DNA of 64,000 bases from a bacterium (GCA_021802705.1 JAJZRL010000001.1:84379-148378); one strand, 5' to 3'; positions 1 to 10,631 are shown, numbered from the stretch's first letter. Notes: generated by a model from the letters alone, not told the origin. Numbers and translations: made by a program.

Positions 1-1
1 C

Positions 2-1621
2 GCCCCGCTTCTGGCTCTTGTATTCCGAGGGGTTCGTGCGCTTCACGTATCCCCCCTGGGTGATGACGAGCACGGAATCCTCGTCCGGAACGAGGTCTTC
101 CGTGGAAATGTTCCGTGCCCCGCTCTTCACGATCCTCGTACGACGATCATCGCCGTATTTCTCGCCGAGTTCTTGAAGTTCGGATTTGACCACGGCGAGG
201 ATCTTTTTAGGTGAAGAAAGGATGTCCTGGAGCTTCTTGATGAGCGTCTGCACCTCGGCGAGCTCGGCTTCGATCTTCTTGCGCTCGAGGCCGGCGAGCT
301 TCGAGAGGCGCATCTCGAGGATAGCTGCGGTTTGGAGCGCCGAAAAACCGAACTTTTTCTGAAGCGCGGCGCTCGCCGAAGGGACATCCGGCGATTTCTT
401 TATGAGCGCGATGACTTCATCTATATGATCGAGAGCTTTCGAGAGTCCGAGCAGGATGTGCTCGCGTTCCTGCGCCTTCCGAAGATCAAACTCGGTACGA
501 CGCTTCACCACCTCCTGCCGATGGACGATGAAATGCCCGAGCATCCCCGAGAGCGAGAGCATTTCCGGCACGCCGTCCACAAGCGCGAGCATGTTGTAGT
601 GAAAGGTGCTTTCAAGCTCGGTGTGCTTATAAAGAGCGTTGAGGACCGCCTGCGGGTGCGCCGTATTCTTGAGCTCGACGACGATACGGATGTCGCTCGT
701 CGATTCGTCGCGCAAGTCGCGGATGCCCTCGATCCTCTTTTCCGAAACCAGCTCGGCTATATGCGCGATGAGCTCGCTCTTGTTCACGCGGAATGGTATC
801 GAGGTGATGAGGATGCGCGCGTCCTTCTTCCCGTCATCGACTATTTCCGCTTCGCCACGCACGACAACCGGCCCCTTGCCCGTACCATACGCATGCTTGA
901 TGTCGGCGTGATTGAACGCTATGCCGCCAAGCGGAAAATCCGGACCCTGCACGAACGAGAGGAGATCATCCGTCGTCGCATCCGGATGGTCGATGAGGTG
1001 TATCGTCGCCGTGACGATTTCCCGGAGGTTGTGCGGCGGGATGTTGGTCGCCATACCGACGGCGATACCGAGCGTCCCGTTCAGGAGCAGGTTCGGCAGG
1101 GCGGCGGGGAGTACGTTCGGCTCTTTGCGCGTCGCGTCGTAATTGGGACTCCAGGAGACCGTCTCCTTTTCGAGGTCCTGGAGCAGCGCCTCGGCGATAC
1201 GCGACATCTTCGCCTCGGTGTAGCGCATCGCGGCCGGGGAATCTCCGTCGACGGAACCGAAATTCCCCTGCCCTAAGACGAGCGGATAGCGGTGTGAGAA
1301 ATCCTGCGCCATCTTCGTCATCGAGTCGTAAACGGCGATATCGCCGTGCGGATGATATTTACCGAGCACGTCGCCGACGACGGCAGAGCTCTTCCTGAAC
1401 TTCGCTCCCGGCACGAGCCCCATCTCTTTCATCGCATAAAGCGTGCGACGATGGACCGGCTTGAGGCCGTCGCGCACGTCCGGAAGCGCCCGGCCCGTGA
1501 TGACCGACATCGCGTAATCGAGGTACGACGTCCGCATCTCCGAAACGATCGGCTGGTCAATGACGGTATCGGCAGCGGGCGGCTCTCCGCCCTTTATTTT
1601 TTCTTCTTTTTCGCGCGCCAT
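2..1621 (-). CDS. gyrA: DNA gyrase subunit A (3' end runs off window)
   Basis: Manual translation: MAREKEE...[28 protein letters not shown]...[13 protein letters not shown]...[19 protein letters not shown]; GyrA-box-like QKRG at the window edge. Not in the ORF track because it has no stop in the window. Confidence 0.97.
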   Translation of the reverse strand, partial: MAREKEEKIKGGEPPAADTVIDQPIVSEMRTSYLDYAMSVITGRALPDVRDGLKPVHRRTLYAMKEMGLVPGAKFRKSSAVVGDVLGKYHPHGDIAVYDSMTKMAQDFSHRYPLVLGQGNFGSVDGDSPAAMRYTEAKMSRIAEALLQDLEKETVSWSPNYDATRKEPNVLPAALPNLLLNGTLGIAVGMATNIPPHNLREIVTATIHLIDHPDATTDDLLSFVQGPDFPLGGIAFNHADIKHAYGTGKGPVVVRGEAEIVDDGKKDARILITSIPFRVNKSELIAHIAELVSEKRIEGIRDLRDESTSDIRIVVELKNTAHPQAVLNALYKHTELESTFHYNMLALVDGVPEMLSLSGMLGHFIVHRQEVVKRRTEFDLRKAQEREHILLGLSKALDHIDEVIALIKKSPDVPSASAALQKKFGFSALQTAAILEMRLSKLAGLERKKIEAELAEVQTLIKKLQDILSSPKKILAVVKSELQELGEKYGDDRRTRIVKSGARNISTEDLVPDEDSVLVITQGGYVKRTNPSEYKSQKRG

Positions 1622-1673
1622 GGTGATTCTAAAATGGTATACGTTCCGTATCGCTCGTTACTTAACTGCTTTA

Positions 1674-2042
1674 TCAAAACGGTATGATCGTTCTGTCGGA
1701 TTCGGACGGAGCGCCTGATGCCGAAGATGTCGAGTTCACGATCTCGATACGCGCCGGTCCCGAATTGTTCCCCGAACTCTGCCCGTCCTGCGGGAGAGCC
1801 GCGGCGGCGCCGGCAAGGCTCTGTCCTTGCTCGCTCGTGCCGGCGACGATCGTAGGCTCTTGACCGGTACTCTCGGCAAACGAGGTTCCATGTATAGCGA
1901 AAGCTCCTGTCGAAAGCTCGCCCGCAAACCACACAAGAGCAATGAACGCGGTACCGAACGAAGCAGCCCCAAACGCGACCTTTTTGCGGATATGATGGGG
2001 TTTCCCTTTCACGTGTTCGATGTGTTCAAGAATAGTTTTCAT
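1674..2042 (-). CDS. hypothetical single-pass membrane protein
   Basis: 122-aa ORF with one hydrophobic helix, co-oriented between the MBL gene and gyrA. Confidence 0.7.
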   Translation of the reverse strand: MKTILEHIEHVKGKPHHIRKKVAFGAASFGTAFIALVWFAGELSTGAFAIHGTSFAESTGQEPTIVAGTSEQGQSLAGAAAALPQDGQSSGNNSGPARIEIVNSTSSASGAPSESDRTIIPF

Positions 2043-2051
2043 ACGCCTGGT

Positions 2052-2693
2052 CTAGGGGGTTATGACCAGTATACTCCCATCGCGGCCCGCAAGATCCTTT
2101 TTCTTCAAGGTAAGCTTATCAACCCTCTCGCCATCGGTCCCCGCGCCCTTCAGATAAGACTCAAGCGCCGCAGGGTCACCCATGCCGTTCCAGTGCATCG
2201 GGATTATGATCTTCGGCTCAAGAGAGACCGCAAGTTCATGCGCGGCGGAGGGCGAAAGAACGCCGGATCCGCCGACCGGAACGAAGAGAACGTCTATCTC
2301 GTCGATGCCTTCACGCGCCTCCCTCGAGAGCTCGTGATCGGAAAGGGCACCGAGATGGACGAGCGTCATGTCTTCGAGATGGACGGCAAACACCGTGTTG
2401 GCCGCCTCTGTACGGCCTTTTGCAAGCCCGTAAGCGCTGTGTGAGAAAAAACCCTGGGCGACAACACCCTGCCTCTCATACTCTCCGGGTCCGGAGATTA
2501 CGAAAGGAGTCTTCTCTCCATAAGTCATCTCTTCAACGCCATTCATGTCCGGATGGTGGCGTGATACGAACACGATATCGGCGCCAAAACGCGAAGAAGG
2601 CAGGGTCGCCCCCTTGGCGACAGGGTCAAAGGCAAGTGTGAGATCTCCGAATGTTACCTTGAAGCACTGCCCGCCGTGGTGCGTGATAACCAT
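2052..2693 (-). CDS. MBL-fold metallo-hydrolase (beta-lactamase superfamily)
   Basis: ITHHGGQCFKV start, DP motif, SRHHPDMN (degenerate HxHxDH), LVHLG, LFVPVGG, IIIPMHW. Confidence 0.85.
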   Translation of the reverse strand: MVITHHGGQCFKVTFGDLTLAFDPVAKGATLPSSRFGADIVFVSRHHPDMNGVEEMTYGEKTPFVISGPGEYERQGVVAQGFFSHSAYGLAKGRTEAANTVFAVHLEDMTLVHLGALSDHELSREAREGIDEIDVLFVPVGGSGVLSPSAAHELAVSLEPKIIIPMHWNGMGDPAALESYLKGAGTDGERVDKLTLKKKDLAGRDGSILVITP

Positions 2694-2829
2694 ACCTCAA
2701 TGATAGCATTTTCCGCCGATGCGTGCTATGGTGTCGCATATACGCGTGCTAAAGAAGTAGAGACCGGCTAACCCTGACTGCCTCGTGGAGTCAGTACCTG
2801 TCCTGAAAATCGCACCGTTCATATTTTTA

Positions 2830-3948
2830 ATGCCTGAAGAGAAGAAAAGACCGGTTCCGGCAGTAACGATCCGCCTCGATAGCAGCCATCCCATGGCTGC
2901 CCTCGTTGACGCCATCGCGACCCCGCCCTCATCCGGAGACCTTGTCGAAGGAGCGATTATCGCCATTGACCGCGGGCGCGTCTATGTCGATCTCCCGCCG
3001 TTTGGTACCGGTATCATCTATGGACGCGAGTACCTGAACGCGGCGGATGTCCTGCGTAAAGCGAATCAGGGGGATACCATCACCGCAAAGGTCGTCGATG
3101 CGGCCGGACGCGATGGTTACATCGAGCTTTCCCTCAAAGAAGCCCGCCAGGCGGCCATTTGGGGCGAAGCCGAACAAGCCATCGTCGCGCAGACGCCGTA
3201 TACGCTCACCGTCGAAGAGGCGAACAAAGGCGGGCTCATCCTTTCCTGGCAAGGCATTCAGGGATTCCTTCCCGCTTCGCAGCTTTCAAAAGAACACTAT
3301 CCTCGGGTACCGGAGGGAGACAAGGAGAAGATCCTCGGCGAGCTCATGCGATTCGTCGGACATCCTCTTTCGGTGCGTATCATTGCCGCCGATGCGAAAG
3401 AGGGCAAGCTTATATTCTCGGAACGCACTGAAAATGAGGAGGAGGAAAAGGCATCTCTTATCGACAAGTACCAGGTGGGCGACACGGTTTCAGGCGAAGT
3501 GACCGGCATCGTCGATTTCGGCGTCTTCGTGAAGCTTGAACCGGGGCTTGAAGGTCTCGTCCATATAAGCGAGCTCGACTGGGGCCTCGTCGAAGACCCC
3601 CGCTCGCTCTTTAACGTAGGCGACAACGTTACGGTCAAGGTGATCGAAATAAAGGACGGGAAAATATCGCTCTCGATAAAGGCGCTCAAAGAAAATCCGT
3701 GGCACACCGCCGCCGAGCGTTACAAGAAAGGCATGGAGGTCCCGGGCGTCATCATCAAATACAACAAACATGGCGCGCTCGCTTCCATCGAGGAAGGCGT
3801 CGCAGGACTCGTCCATGTTTCCGAGTTCGAGACGCCCGCCGAGCTTCGCGAGACGCTTGAGCTCGGAAAGACGTACTCCTTCCTCATCTCGCTCTTCGAA
3901 CCGAAAGACCAGCGCATGACGCTGACCTACGTAGGCAAAAAGAAATAA
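2830..3948 (+). CDS. rpsA: 30S ribosomal protein S1-like, multiple S1 domains
   Basis: Repeated S1 motifs (QGFLPASQL, DFGVFVKLEPGLEGLVHISEL, GLVHVSE); ATG at 2830 preferred over the GTG at 2785. Confidence 0.88.
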   Translation: MPEEKKRPVPAVTIRLDSSHPMAALVDAIATPPSSGDLVEGAIIAIDRGRVYVDLPPFGTGIIYGREYLNAADVLRKANQGDTITAKVVDAAGRDGYIELSLKEARQAAIWGEAEQAIVAQTPYTLTVEEANKGGLILSWQGIQGFLPASQLSKEHYPRVPEGDKEKILGELMRFVGHPLSVRIIAADAKEGKLIFSERTENEEEEKASLIDKYQVGDTVSGEVTGIVDFGVFVKLEPGLEGLVHISELDWGLVEDPRSLFNVGDNVTVKVIEIKDGKISLSIKALKENPWHTAAERYKKGMEVPGVIIKYNKHGALASIEEGVAGLVHVSEFETPAELRETLELGKTYSFLISLFEPKDQRMTLTYVGKKK

Positions 3949-3977
3949 TCGAGTTTCTCGCCCGCTTACCTTTATCT

Positions 3978-4574
3978 TTATCGCGTGTTCGCGAACATCG
4001 TCGCGGCGGAAACGCCGTCGGCTATGAAGAGACGCGCCGCTTCGGCCGCTTTCTCGAGCGCCTTTTTGAGCGCCGCCGCTTCGGACGGCTTCCACTTGCC
4101 GATCACGTGCTTGATAACCTTCTCCTCGCCGGAGATCTTCTTCGCCTGATTCTTTTTCCCCGCTGCGCTGATGCCGATACGGATGCGCGCGAAGTTCTTC
4201 GTCTTAAGCGCACGCATGATGCTTTCGACGCCTTTGTGCCCGCCGCTGCCGCGGCCGAAGACCATCTTTATGGTACCCAGAGGCAAATCGAGGTCGTCAT
4301 GGACAACGAGGAGTTTTTCTGCCGCTCTTGAACCTTTTACGAACAAGGCGACCGATTTCCCCGAGAGGTTCATCATCGTTTCCGGCAGTACGAGGGTCGC
4401 GTTCTCGCCCGCTATCGCACCTTTGCTTACGAGCGCGTTGCCCGTCTTGTTGAAGACGAGTTCTCCGAAATCTTCCTGTTTCGCAAGGAGCTTGACTGCC
4501 ATGCGGCCAGCGTTGTGCCGCGTCTCTTCGTACTCTCTGCCGGGGTTTCCGAGGCCTGCGATGACGAACGCCAT
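3978..4574 (-). CDS. pth: peptidyl-tRNA hydrolase
   Basis: IAGLGNPGREYEETRHNAG, PETMMNLSG, VVHDDLDL, GSGGHKG, RIRIGI. Confidence 0.97.
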   Translation of the reverse strand: MAFVIAGLGNPGREYEETRHNAGRMAVKLLAKQEDFGELVFNKTGNALVSKGAIAGENATLVLPETMMNLSGKSVALFVKGSRAAEKLLVVHDDLDLPLGTIKMVFGRGSGGHKGVESIMRALKTKNFARIRIGISAAGKKNQAKKISGEEKVIKHVIGKWKPSEAAALKKALEKAAEAARLFIADGVSAATMFANTR

Positions 4575-4650
4575 GAAGGGATCGTAGCACACGCATTCGC
4601 CGGCAGCGGAAAATACTTGCGCATACGCGCGCGATGCGTACAATACGTTC

Positions 4651-5244
4651 ATGAAAGATACCGGAAAAGGTCTTCTGAAGGATCTTTTCGTTCTCACGCT
4701 CCTTATCGTGGTCGTTGTCATTCCGATTCGCGCTTTCGTGGTGTCCCCGTTTGTCGTCGACGGCGAATCGATGCATCCGACGTTCGAAAATCTCGACTAT
4801 CTCATCGTCGATGAGCTCGTCTATGATTTCGAGGCGCCGGCGCGCGGCGACGTCATCGTCTTCCGCTACCCGGGCGATCCGTCCATCTTTTACATCAAGC
4901 GCATCATCGGGCTTCCGGGCGAGACCGTCTCCATCAATCGCGGCGTCGTTACCATCACGACTCCCGCCGGAAAGACCTTTACGCTCTCCGAACCGTACGT
5001 GGTGAGCGAAGACGCGACGTACACGAAGAGCGTCACGCTCAGTTCCGATGAATACTTCGTCATGGGCGATAATCGCCCGAACAGTTCGGACAGCCGCGTC
5101 TGGGGCCCCCTGCCGAGAAAAGACATCATCGGACGGGTCGACTTACGGCTCCTTCCCCTTTCGGAAATCGGGTTCTTCCCCGGTAAAGCGGCATACGCGA
5201 CCGACACGGTTGCAAGCACGACGGCATCTTTGCCGAAATCATGA
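4651..5244 (+). CDS. lepB: signal peptidase I
   Basis: N-terminal TM, GESMHPT (catalytic Ser), YIKRIIGLPGE (Lys), GDNRPNSSDSR. Confidence 0.97.
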   Translation: MKDTGKGLLKDLFVLTLLIVVVVIPIRAFVVSPFVVDGESMHPTFENLDYLIVDELVYDFEAPARGDVIVFRYPGDPSIFYIKRIIGLPGETVSINRGVVTITTPAGKTFTLSEPYVVSEDATYTKSVTLSSDEYFVMGDNRPNSSDSRVWGPLPRKDIIGRVDLRLLPLSEIGFFPGKAAYATDTVASTTASLPKS

Positions 5245-6386
5245 TACGCGACGTCATACCGGCAGAAGAGCTTTTAAAAAAAGCGCGGGCAGTCGGCCAA
5301 TACTACGGTTTCACTCCCCTTGAAACCCTTACGGCAAAAACGCGCGGCAGTCGCAAAGCGACGAGCTATCCCGAAACGCTCGCAAATCTGAAGCTCGATC
5401 CGGTCGCCGATATCGTGGCAAGCTTCTTGCATCAGTTTCAAAACGCCGATGCTGCGCCGTCGGTGCGACAGCCGCTCTTCGTCTGGCATACGAACATCGC
5501 TCCGGGACGCGCCGTTCAGAAAAAGAAAGCGGTCATCCAGTTCCACGCGCTCGGCACGGACCGAGCGCTCGCCGATGCTGTCGTCATCCGTGCGCTCCTT
5601 GCGCTTTCAAGAGACCTTTTCCGCGAGGAGCCTGTCATCCGTATCAATTCGATGGGCGACAAAGAAACCCGCGCGCGCTACGCGCGCGAGCTCGGTGTTT
5701 TTTTCAAAAAACGCGCGCATCTGCTTCCTGAGGACTGCGTGAGCTGCGCGAAACGCGACCCTCTCGAAGCGGCGGAGCTTGTCGTGGCACGTTCCGGCGC
5801 GGACGATCTCCCGACGCCGACCGAACACCTCTCGGACATGAGCCGCAAGCGTTTCGAGGATCTGCTCGAATATCTCGAAACGACCGAGACGCCCTACGAG
5901 CTTTCGCGCGATCTCCTCAGTCGCGGCAACGTATGGAACGACGCCTGTTTCGAGCTTGTTGTCGACGAGCAGCGTGTGGCATGGGGTTCGCACTACAGCG
6001 ACCTCGCGCGCCATTTCTTCCCTCGCGCGCCTTTCAGCGCGGTCGGTGCCATACTGCAAGTAGCGAGCGAAGGCGCGGTGAGCGCGAAACCGGCTCAGGC
6101 GCGCGCCCGTTTTTCATTCGTCCACATAGGAGACGAGGCAAAGCGGCTTTCGATCCGTCTTGCCGAAGATTTCCGGCGGGCGCATATCCCTCTCGCTCAA
6201 GATATCGGCGTCGAATCGCTCAATGAGCAGCTCTATCTCGCAGAACGGCGCAACAGCCCCTACTTGCTCATCATGGGGCGCAAAGAAGCGCTTGAAGGAT
6301 CCGCCATCCTGCGCAATCGGCAAACGCAGGAGAACACCGTCCTTCCTCTTATGGGTATCACCGAACGCCTCAAGGCCATATCGTAG
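5241..6386 (+). CDS. degenerate histidyl-tRNA-synthetase-like protein with C-terminal anticodon-binding domain
   Basis: YGF N-terminus, IRINSMGD, LEYLE..YE...L.RG, C-terminal HGTP-type domain (SLNEQLYLAERRNSPYLLIMGRKE); class II motifs 2 and 3 eroded. Confidence 0.75.
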   Translation: MIRDVIPAEELLKKARAVGQYYGFTPLETLTAKTRGSRKATSYPETLANLKLDPVADIVASFLHQFQNADAAPSVRQPLFVWHTNIAPGRAVQKKKAVIQFHALGTDRALADAVVIRALLALSRDLFREEPVIRINSMGDKETRARYARELGVFFKKRAHLLPEDCVSCAKRDPLEAAELVVARSGADDLPTPTEHLSDMSRKRFEDLLEYLETTETPYELSRDLLSRGNVWNDACFELVVDEQRVAWGSHYSDLARHFFPRAPFSAVGAILQVASEGAVSAKPAQARARFSFVHIGDEAKRLSIRLAEDFRRAHIPLAQDIGVESLNEQLYLAERRNSPYLLIMGRKEALEGSAILRNRQTQENTVLPLMGITERLKAIS

Positions 6387-6421
6387 ACAAACGTCGCGGT
6401 GATATGGTAGAGTCACTAGCA

Positions 6422-6697
6422 ATGGTAACGGCCGGTACCCGAGTCGAAGTCCGTCGCGGAAAAAGCGAGAGCTCTTCCGCGCTTATTCGTCGTTTTACGC
6501 GCCGAGCGCAAGGACTCGGTCTCGTCCACGAAGTTCGCGACAGGCGGTACTGGCAGCGCACGAAATCAAAAAACGTCAATCACAAACGGGCGCTTATCTC
6601 GAAAACGCGGCGCGAAAAATATGAGGAGCTCGTCAAGCTCGGAAAGATCGATCCGGCGGCGCGGAAAGGCGGACGAGGGAGGAGCGACAAGCGCTAG
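6422..6697 (+). CDS. rpsU: 30S ribosomal protein bS21
   Basis: VEVRRGKSES..ALIRRFTRR...G...EVRDRRYW; small and basic. Confidence 0.85.
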   Translation: MVTAGTRVEVRRGKSESSSALIRRFTRRAQGLGLVHEVRDRRYWQRTKSKNVNHKRALISKTRREKYEELVKLGKIDPAARKGGRGRSDKR

Positions 6698-6702
6698 ACG
6701 GA

Positions 6703-7155
6703 ATGGGGGGCGTTTCGGTCAAAAATCTTACGCGGCGCGTTTCGGTGCCGCGTTTCGCATACGGAACGATACTCGATGAGACGCTTCCCCGCTGGGACGT
6801 CTCGCTCGTTTTCGTCGGACCGGCAAAAGCGAAGCTATTGAACAAGCAGTTGCGGGGAAAACTGTACACGCCGAACGTCCTCTCATACGCTCTTGGAGAA
6901 AGGAGCGGCGAGATCATCATCTGCCTGCAGGAGGCGGAAAAACAAGCGCCGGCTTATGGCATGACGAAACGCGATTTCGTCCTCTATTTGTTTATCCACG
7001 GATTGCTGCATTTGAAAGGCATGGCACATGGCGCTACGATGGATACATGCGAACAAGAACTCTTGGCACGGTTTGCCAAGAGTGGCGTGCGCACCACCCT
7101 CTCTACATGTCTCGGAACATCGTCACCGGAATCGATATCGGAACGTACCAGGTAA
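6703..7155 (+). CDS. ybeY: rRNA maturation endoribonuclease YbeY
   Basis: LNKQLRGK..TPNVLSY, GEIIIC, HGLLHLKGMAH zinc motif. Confidence 0.93.
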   Translation: MGGVSVKNLTRRVSVPRFAYGTILDETLPRWDVSLVFVGPAKAKLLNKQLRGKLYTPNVLSYALGERSGEIIICLQEAEKQAPAYGMTKRDFVLYLFIHGLLHLKGMAHGATMDTCEQELLARFAKSGVRTTLSTCLGTSSPESISERTR

Positions 7156-8264
7156 AACTGGTCGTCATCGAGGAACTCGCGGATAAGCGAGGCGGGCGGC
7201 AACGGCATGTTATCGGGACGGGACTCGCCGAGTCGAAAGGGCTACGGCACGGGTACGTCGTCAACAAGGACGAGGTCGTCGCGAGCATTCTCGAAGCGAA
7301 ACGGCAGGCCGAAGCCATCGCGCGGATACCTATCCGGTCCGGCTTCCTTTCTATCGGCGGGATCTCGCTCGACGAAGCTCACGCGACCGGCAGCACGATC
7401 ATTTCGCGCGCGGATCAGGAGATAACCGCGCTCGATATAGAAAAAGCGGGGAAAGCCGCCCGCGAAGCCGCGACGCCCGCTTTCCTCAACCGTTACGTCC
7501 TCCATAGCATCCCGCTTGAATACCGCATCGATGACGTCAAGGTTCTCGGCGACCCTCTCGGCATGAAAGGCGTGCGGCTCGAGGTCGACTATCTTTTCGT
7601 CACGTGCCTCGCGCAGCACAAGGACGCTCTCTCACAGGCGGTCGAAGATGCGGATATCGAGGTTATCGACCAGATGGCCTCCCCGCTTGCGGGCTCATAC
7701 GTACTCCTCGACGGGGATCAGAAGATGAAGGGCTGCGTGCTCGCGAATATCGGCGCCGAAACCGTCTCGATCGTCGTGTACGACGAGAACATACCCATTT
7801 CCGTAAAAGTGTTCCCGATGGGCTCAAGCCACATCACGGATGACATAGCGCTCGGTTTCCGCATCTCGCTCGAGGAAGCCGAACGGGTAAAGATGGGACG
7901 GCTCGCCGGGCAGATGTACTCGCGCAAGAAGATAGAAGACCTCGTCGCGAACCGTCTCGAGACGATGTTCACGCTCATCGACAAGCATTTGAAATCGCTC
8001 GGGCGGCGCGGACCGCTTCCGGCAGGCATCATCATATCGGGCGGCGGAGCCGGTATCGGCTCCATAAGCGATATCGCGAAAGATTCGCTTAAGCTCCCTG
8101 CCCGGCTTGCCGAATTTCGCCTCTCTTCCGACGCTAAGATCCAGGATGCGACGTGGGCCGTGGCCTACGGCCTCGCGCGCTGGGGACTCACGGGCGATAC
8201 GGGCGTGCCAAAAAAGAGTATGGGCATCAACGTCGGGAAATTCTTGCGGCAATTCTTGCCGTAG
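7107..8264 (+). CDS. ftsA: cell division protein FtsA
   Basis: VTGIDIGT, ESKGLRHG, PLGMKGVRLE, NIGAET, ITDDIA, EAERVK; directly upstream of ftsZ. Confidence 0.95.
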   Translation: MSRNIVTGIDIGTYQVKLVVIEELADKRGGRQRHVIGTGLAESKGLRHGYVVNKDEVVASILEAKRQAEAIARIPIRSGFLSIGGISLDEAHATGSTIISRADQEITALDIEKAGKAAREAATPAFLNRYVLHSIPLEYRIDDVKVLGDPLGMKGVRLEVDYLFVTCLAQHKDALSQAVEDADIEVIDQMASPLAGSYVLLDGDQKMKGCVLANIGAETVSIVVYDENIPISVKVFPMGSSHITDDIALGFRISLEEAERVKMGRLAGQMYSRKKIEDLVANRLETMFTLIDKHLKSLGRRGPLPAGIIISGGGAGIGSISDIAKDSLKLPARLAEFRLSSDAKIQDATWAVAYGLARWGLTGDTGVPKKSMGINVGKFLRQFLP

Positions 8265-8373
8265 ATGAGGATTTCCCGAAGACCACGAAGTAAATAACGA
8301 GTCACATCTTTATAATGTCAATATTTGCATATCGTCCGGTTCTGCTATGATAGCCACACGAATCTAACTATCC

Positions 8374-9636
8374 ATGTCCAAACGCGTAGAGCCAGAAATT
8401 GAGACTTTTGCACGGATTCGCGTCGTCGGTGTCGGCGGTTCGGGGAAAAACGCGATCAATCACATGATCGAATCCAAGGTTCGCGGTGTTGAATTCATCG
8501 CGGTTAACTCCGACGCTCAAGATCTCCACCGCTCGCTCGCGAAGCGAAAGATCCACATCGGCAAGAATCTCACGCGCGGGCTCGGTACCGGCATGAATCC
8601 GGAACTCGGCAGGCGCGCAGCCGAAGAGACGCGGCAGGAAATCCAGGAAGCGCTCTCCGGAAGCGACATGGTCTTCATCACCTGCGGCATGGGTGGAGGC
8701 ACCGGCACCGGCGCTTCCGCTGTCGTCGCGAAGATAGCGAAAGAAGTCGGCGCGCTCGTCATCGCGGTCGTCACCAAGCCGTTCTCTTTCGAGGGTGCGC
8801 AGCGTAAAGATATCGCCGAACGCGGCCTTGCCGACCTTAAGAAAGAGGTCGACGCTTTTATAGTCATCCCGAACGACAAGCTGCTCTCTATCGTCGATAT
8901 GCAGACCTCCGCGAAAAACGCTTTCGCGATGTGCGACGAGATACTGCGCCAGGCCGTCGAAGGGGTCTCCGACATCATCACGACCCCGGGCGATATCAAC
9001 ACCGACTTCAACGATATCAAAGCCATCATGGAGGGAGCCGGGCCTGCGCTCATGGGCATCGGCATAGCCGAGGGAGACGGGCGCGCGAAGGAGGCGGCGC
9101 AACAGGCGGTCAATTCCCCGCTCCTTGACGTGTCCATCAGCGGCGCGAAAGGCATCCTCTTCGTCGTTGCCGGCTCCGATGATCTCGGCATCATGGAAGT
9201 GCAGGAAGCCGCGAAAATCATAAACGAGTCCGTTGATAAGAATGCGAAGGTCATCTTCGGCATGATGAACGACGATAAGCTCAAGAAAGGACAGCTCCGT
9301 ATCATCGTCATCGCGACAGGATTCCCTGAAAGTGCCGCGCATGCATCGCACGGCGGGCTTGAACGTTCCCTTTTCTCGCTGCCTACGGAAGGGCGCGCCG
9401 AGGAACGCGGACGCATCTACCATGAGATCCTGAAGCGCGAAGAAAAACAGGAGGCTGAAGAAAAGAGCAGCGAGACGAAGCGCGACTCGAAAAAAGAAGA
9501 ATCTTTCACGGCCCTGGAAAAAGAAGAGCCCGTCGTAACGGCGACGCCTCATAAACGCGAAGAGATTCCAGCGATTCCTGAGGACGATGAAGCATGGGGC
9601 GCTATCCCCGCTTTCCTGCGCAGACACAAGAAATAA
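8374..9636 (+). CDS. ftsZ: cell division protein FtsZ
   Basis: VVGVGGSG, GMGGGTGTG tubulin motif, INTDFND, C-terminal IPAFLRR. Confidence 0.99.
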   Translation: MSKRVEPEIETFARIRVVGVGGSGKNAINHMIESKVRGVEFIAVNSDAQDLHRSLAKRKIHIGKNLTRGLGTGMNPELGRRAAEETRQEIQEALSGSDMVFITCGMGGGTGTGASAVVAKIAKEVGALVIAVVTKPFSFEGAQRKDIAERGLADLKKEVDAFIVIPNDKLLSIVDMQTSAKNAFAMCDEILRQAVEGVSDIITTPGDINTDFNDIKAIMEGAGPALMGIGIAEGDGRAKEAAQQAVNSPLLDVSISGAKGILFVVAGSDDLGIMEVQEAAKIINESVDKNAKVIFGMMNDDKLKKGQLRIIVIATGFPESAAHASHGGLERSLFSLPTEGRAEERGRIYHEILKREEKQEAEEKSSETKRDSKKEESFTALEKEEPVVTATPHKREEIPAIPEDDEAWGAIPAFLRRHKK

Positions 9637-9707
9637 TCTTTTCAATAAAAGAATCCGGCGGCCGCTGAATAGTCTTCCGGCCGTTTTTCGTCTGGTATAC
9701 TTCGATT

Positions 9708-10631
9708 ATGCATGACCTCATCATTATTGGCGGCGGCCCTGCGGGGATCGCAGCGGGCGTTTACGCGGCGCGCAAGCGCTTGAAAGCTGTTCTCATCACG
9801 GAAGAAATCGGCGGGCAATCGACCGTCTCGGACGGTATTGAAAACTGGATCGGCACGACAAAGATAAGCGGCACAGATCTCGCGAAATCGTTCGCGGACC
9901 ACCTCGATGCCGTGAGGGACGATGTTATAACGCTTGTCGCGGGCGAACGGATCACCTCGCTTGAGAAAAGCAAAGACGGCTTCCTGGCAAGGACGAAGAC
10001 CGGCAAAGAATTCTCCGCGAGAGCCGCGCTCATCGCCTCAGGAGCGAGCAGGCGGAAACTGGACATTCCCGGAGCGGAAAGATTCGAGCACAAGGGCGTC
10101 ACGTACTGCGCGTCCTGCGACGGCCCTCTTTTCGCCGATCAGGATGTCGCGGTCGTCGGCGGCGGTAATGCCGGCTTTGAAACGGCGCTGCAGCTCCTTG
10201 CGTATGCGAAATCCGTAACGCTCTTCCACCGGCATAAGGAGTTCAAGGCTGATCCGGTAACGATCGAGAAGGCATGCGCGCATCAGAACATGCATGTCGT
10301 AAGGCACGCCGAACCGCTCGAAGTCAAAGGAGACCAGTTCGTAACCGGCCTCACGTACAAAGACAAGGATTCAGGCGAAACGAAGAGCCTCGCCGTCTCC
10401 GGCATATTCGTCGAAGCCGGCGTCATCCCGAATACGGAATTCGCCTCCGGACTCGTCGAACTCGATGCGGTGGGACGCATCAAGACCGATCCCCGAAACC
10501 AGCGCACGAACACCGAGGGCGTTTGGGCGGCTGGCGACTGCACTGACGAGCTTTATCACCAAAATAACATCGCCGCCGGCGATGGCGTGAAGGCGCTCGA
10601 GGATATCTACCTCTGGGTCAAGAAGCGTTAG
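9708..10631 (+). CDS. trxB: thioredoxin-disulfide reductase family (TrxB/AhpF-C-terminal-like)
   Basis: IIGGGPAG, GVTYCASCDG, VVGGGNAG, GVWAAGD. Confidence 0.9.
   Translation: MHDLIIIGGGPAGIAAGVYAARKRLKAVLITEEIGGQSTVSDGIENWIGTTKISGTDLAKSFADHLDAVRDDVITLVAGERITSLEKSKDGFLARTKTGKEFSARAALIASGASRRKLDIPGAERFEHKGVTYCASCDGPLFADQDVAVVGGGNAGFETALQLLAYAKSVTLFHRHKEFKADPVTIEKACAHQNMHVVRHAEPLEVKGDQFVTGLTYKDKDSGETKSLAVSGIFVEAGVIPNTEFASGLVELDAVGRIKTDPRNQRTNTEGVWAAGDCTDELYHQNNIAAGDGVKALEDIYLWVKKR

Noticed and set aside
332-1687. Long + strand ORFs (314 aa, 113 aa)
   Set aside because: Antisense shadows of gyrA, which is missing from the ORF track only because it runs off the window.
8368-9645. 425-aa minus ORF, and similar long antisense ORFs at 15940-17694, 41267-42619 and 42871-43782
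   Set aside because: Mirror frames of well-supported GC-rich genes; no motifs.
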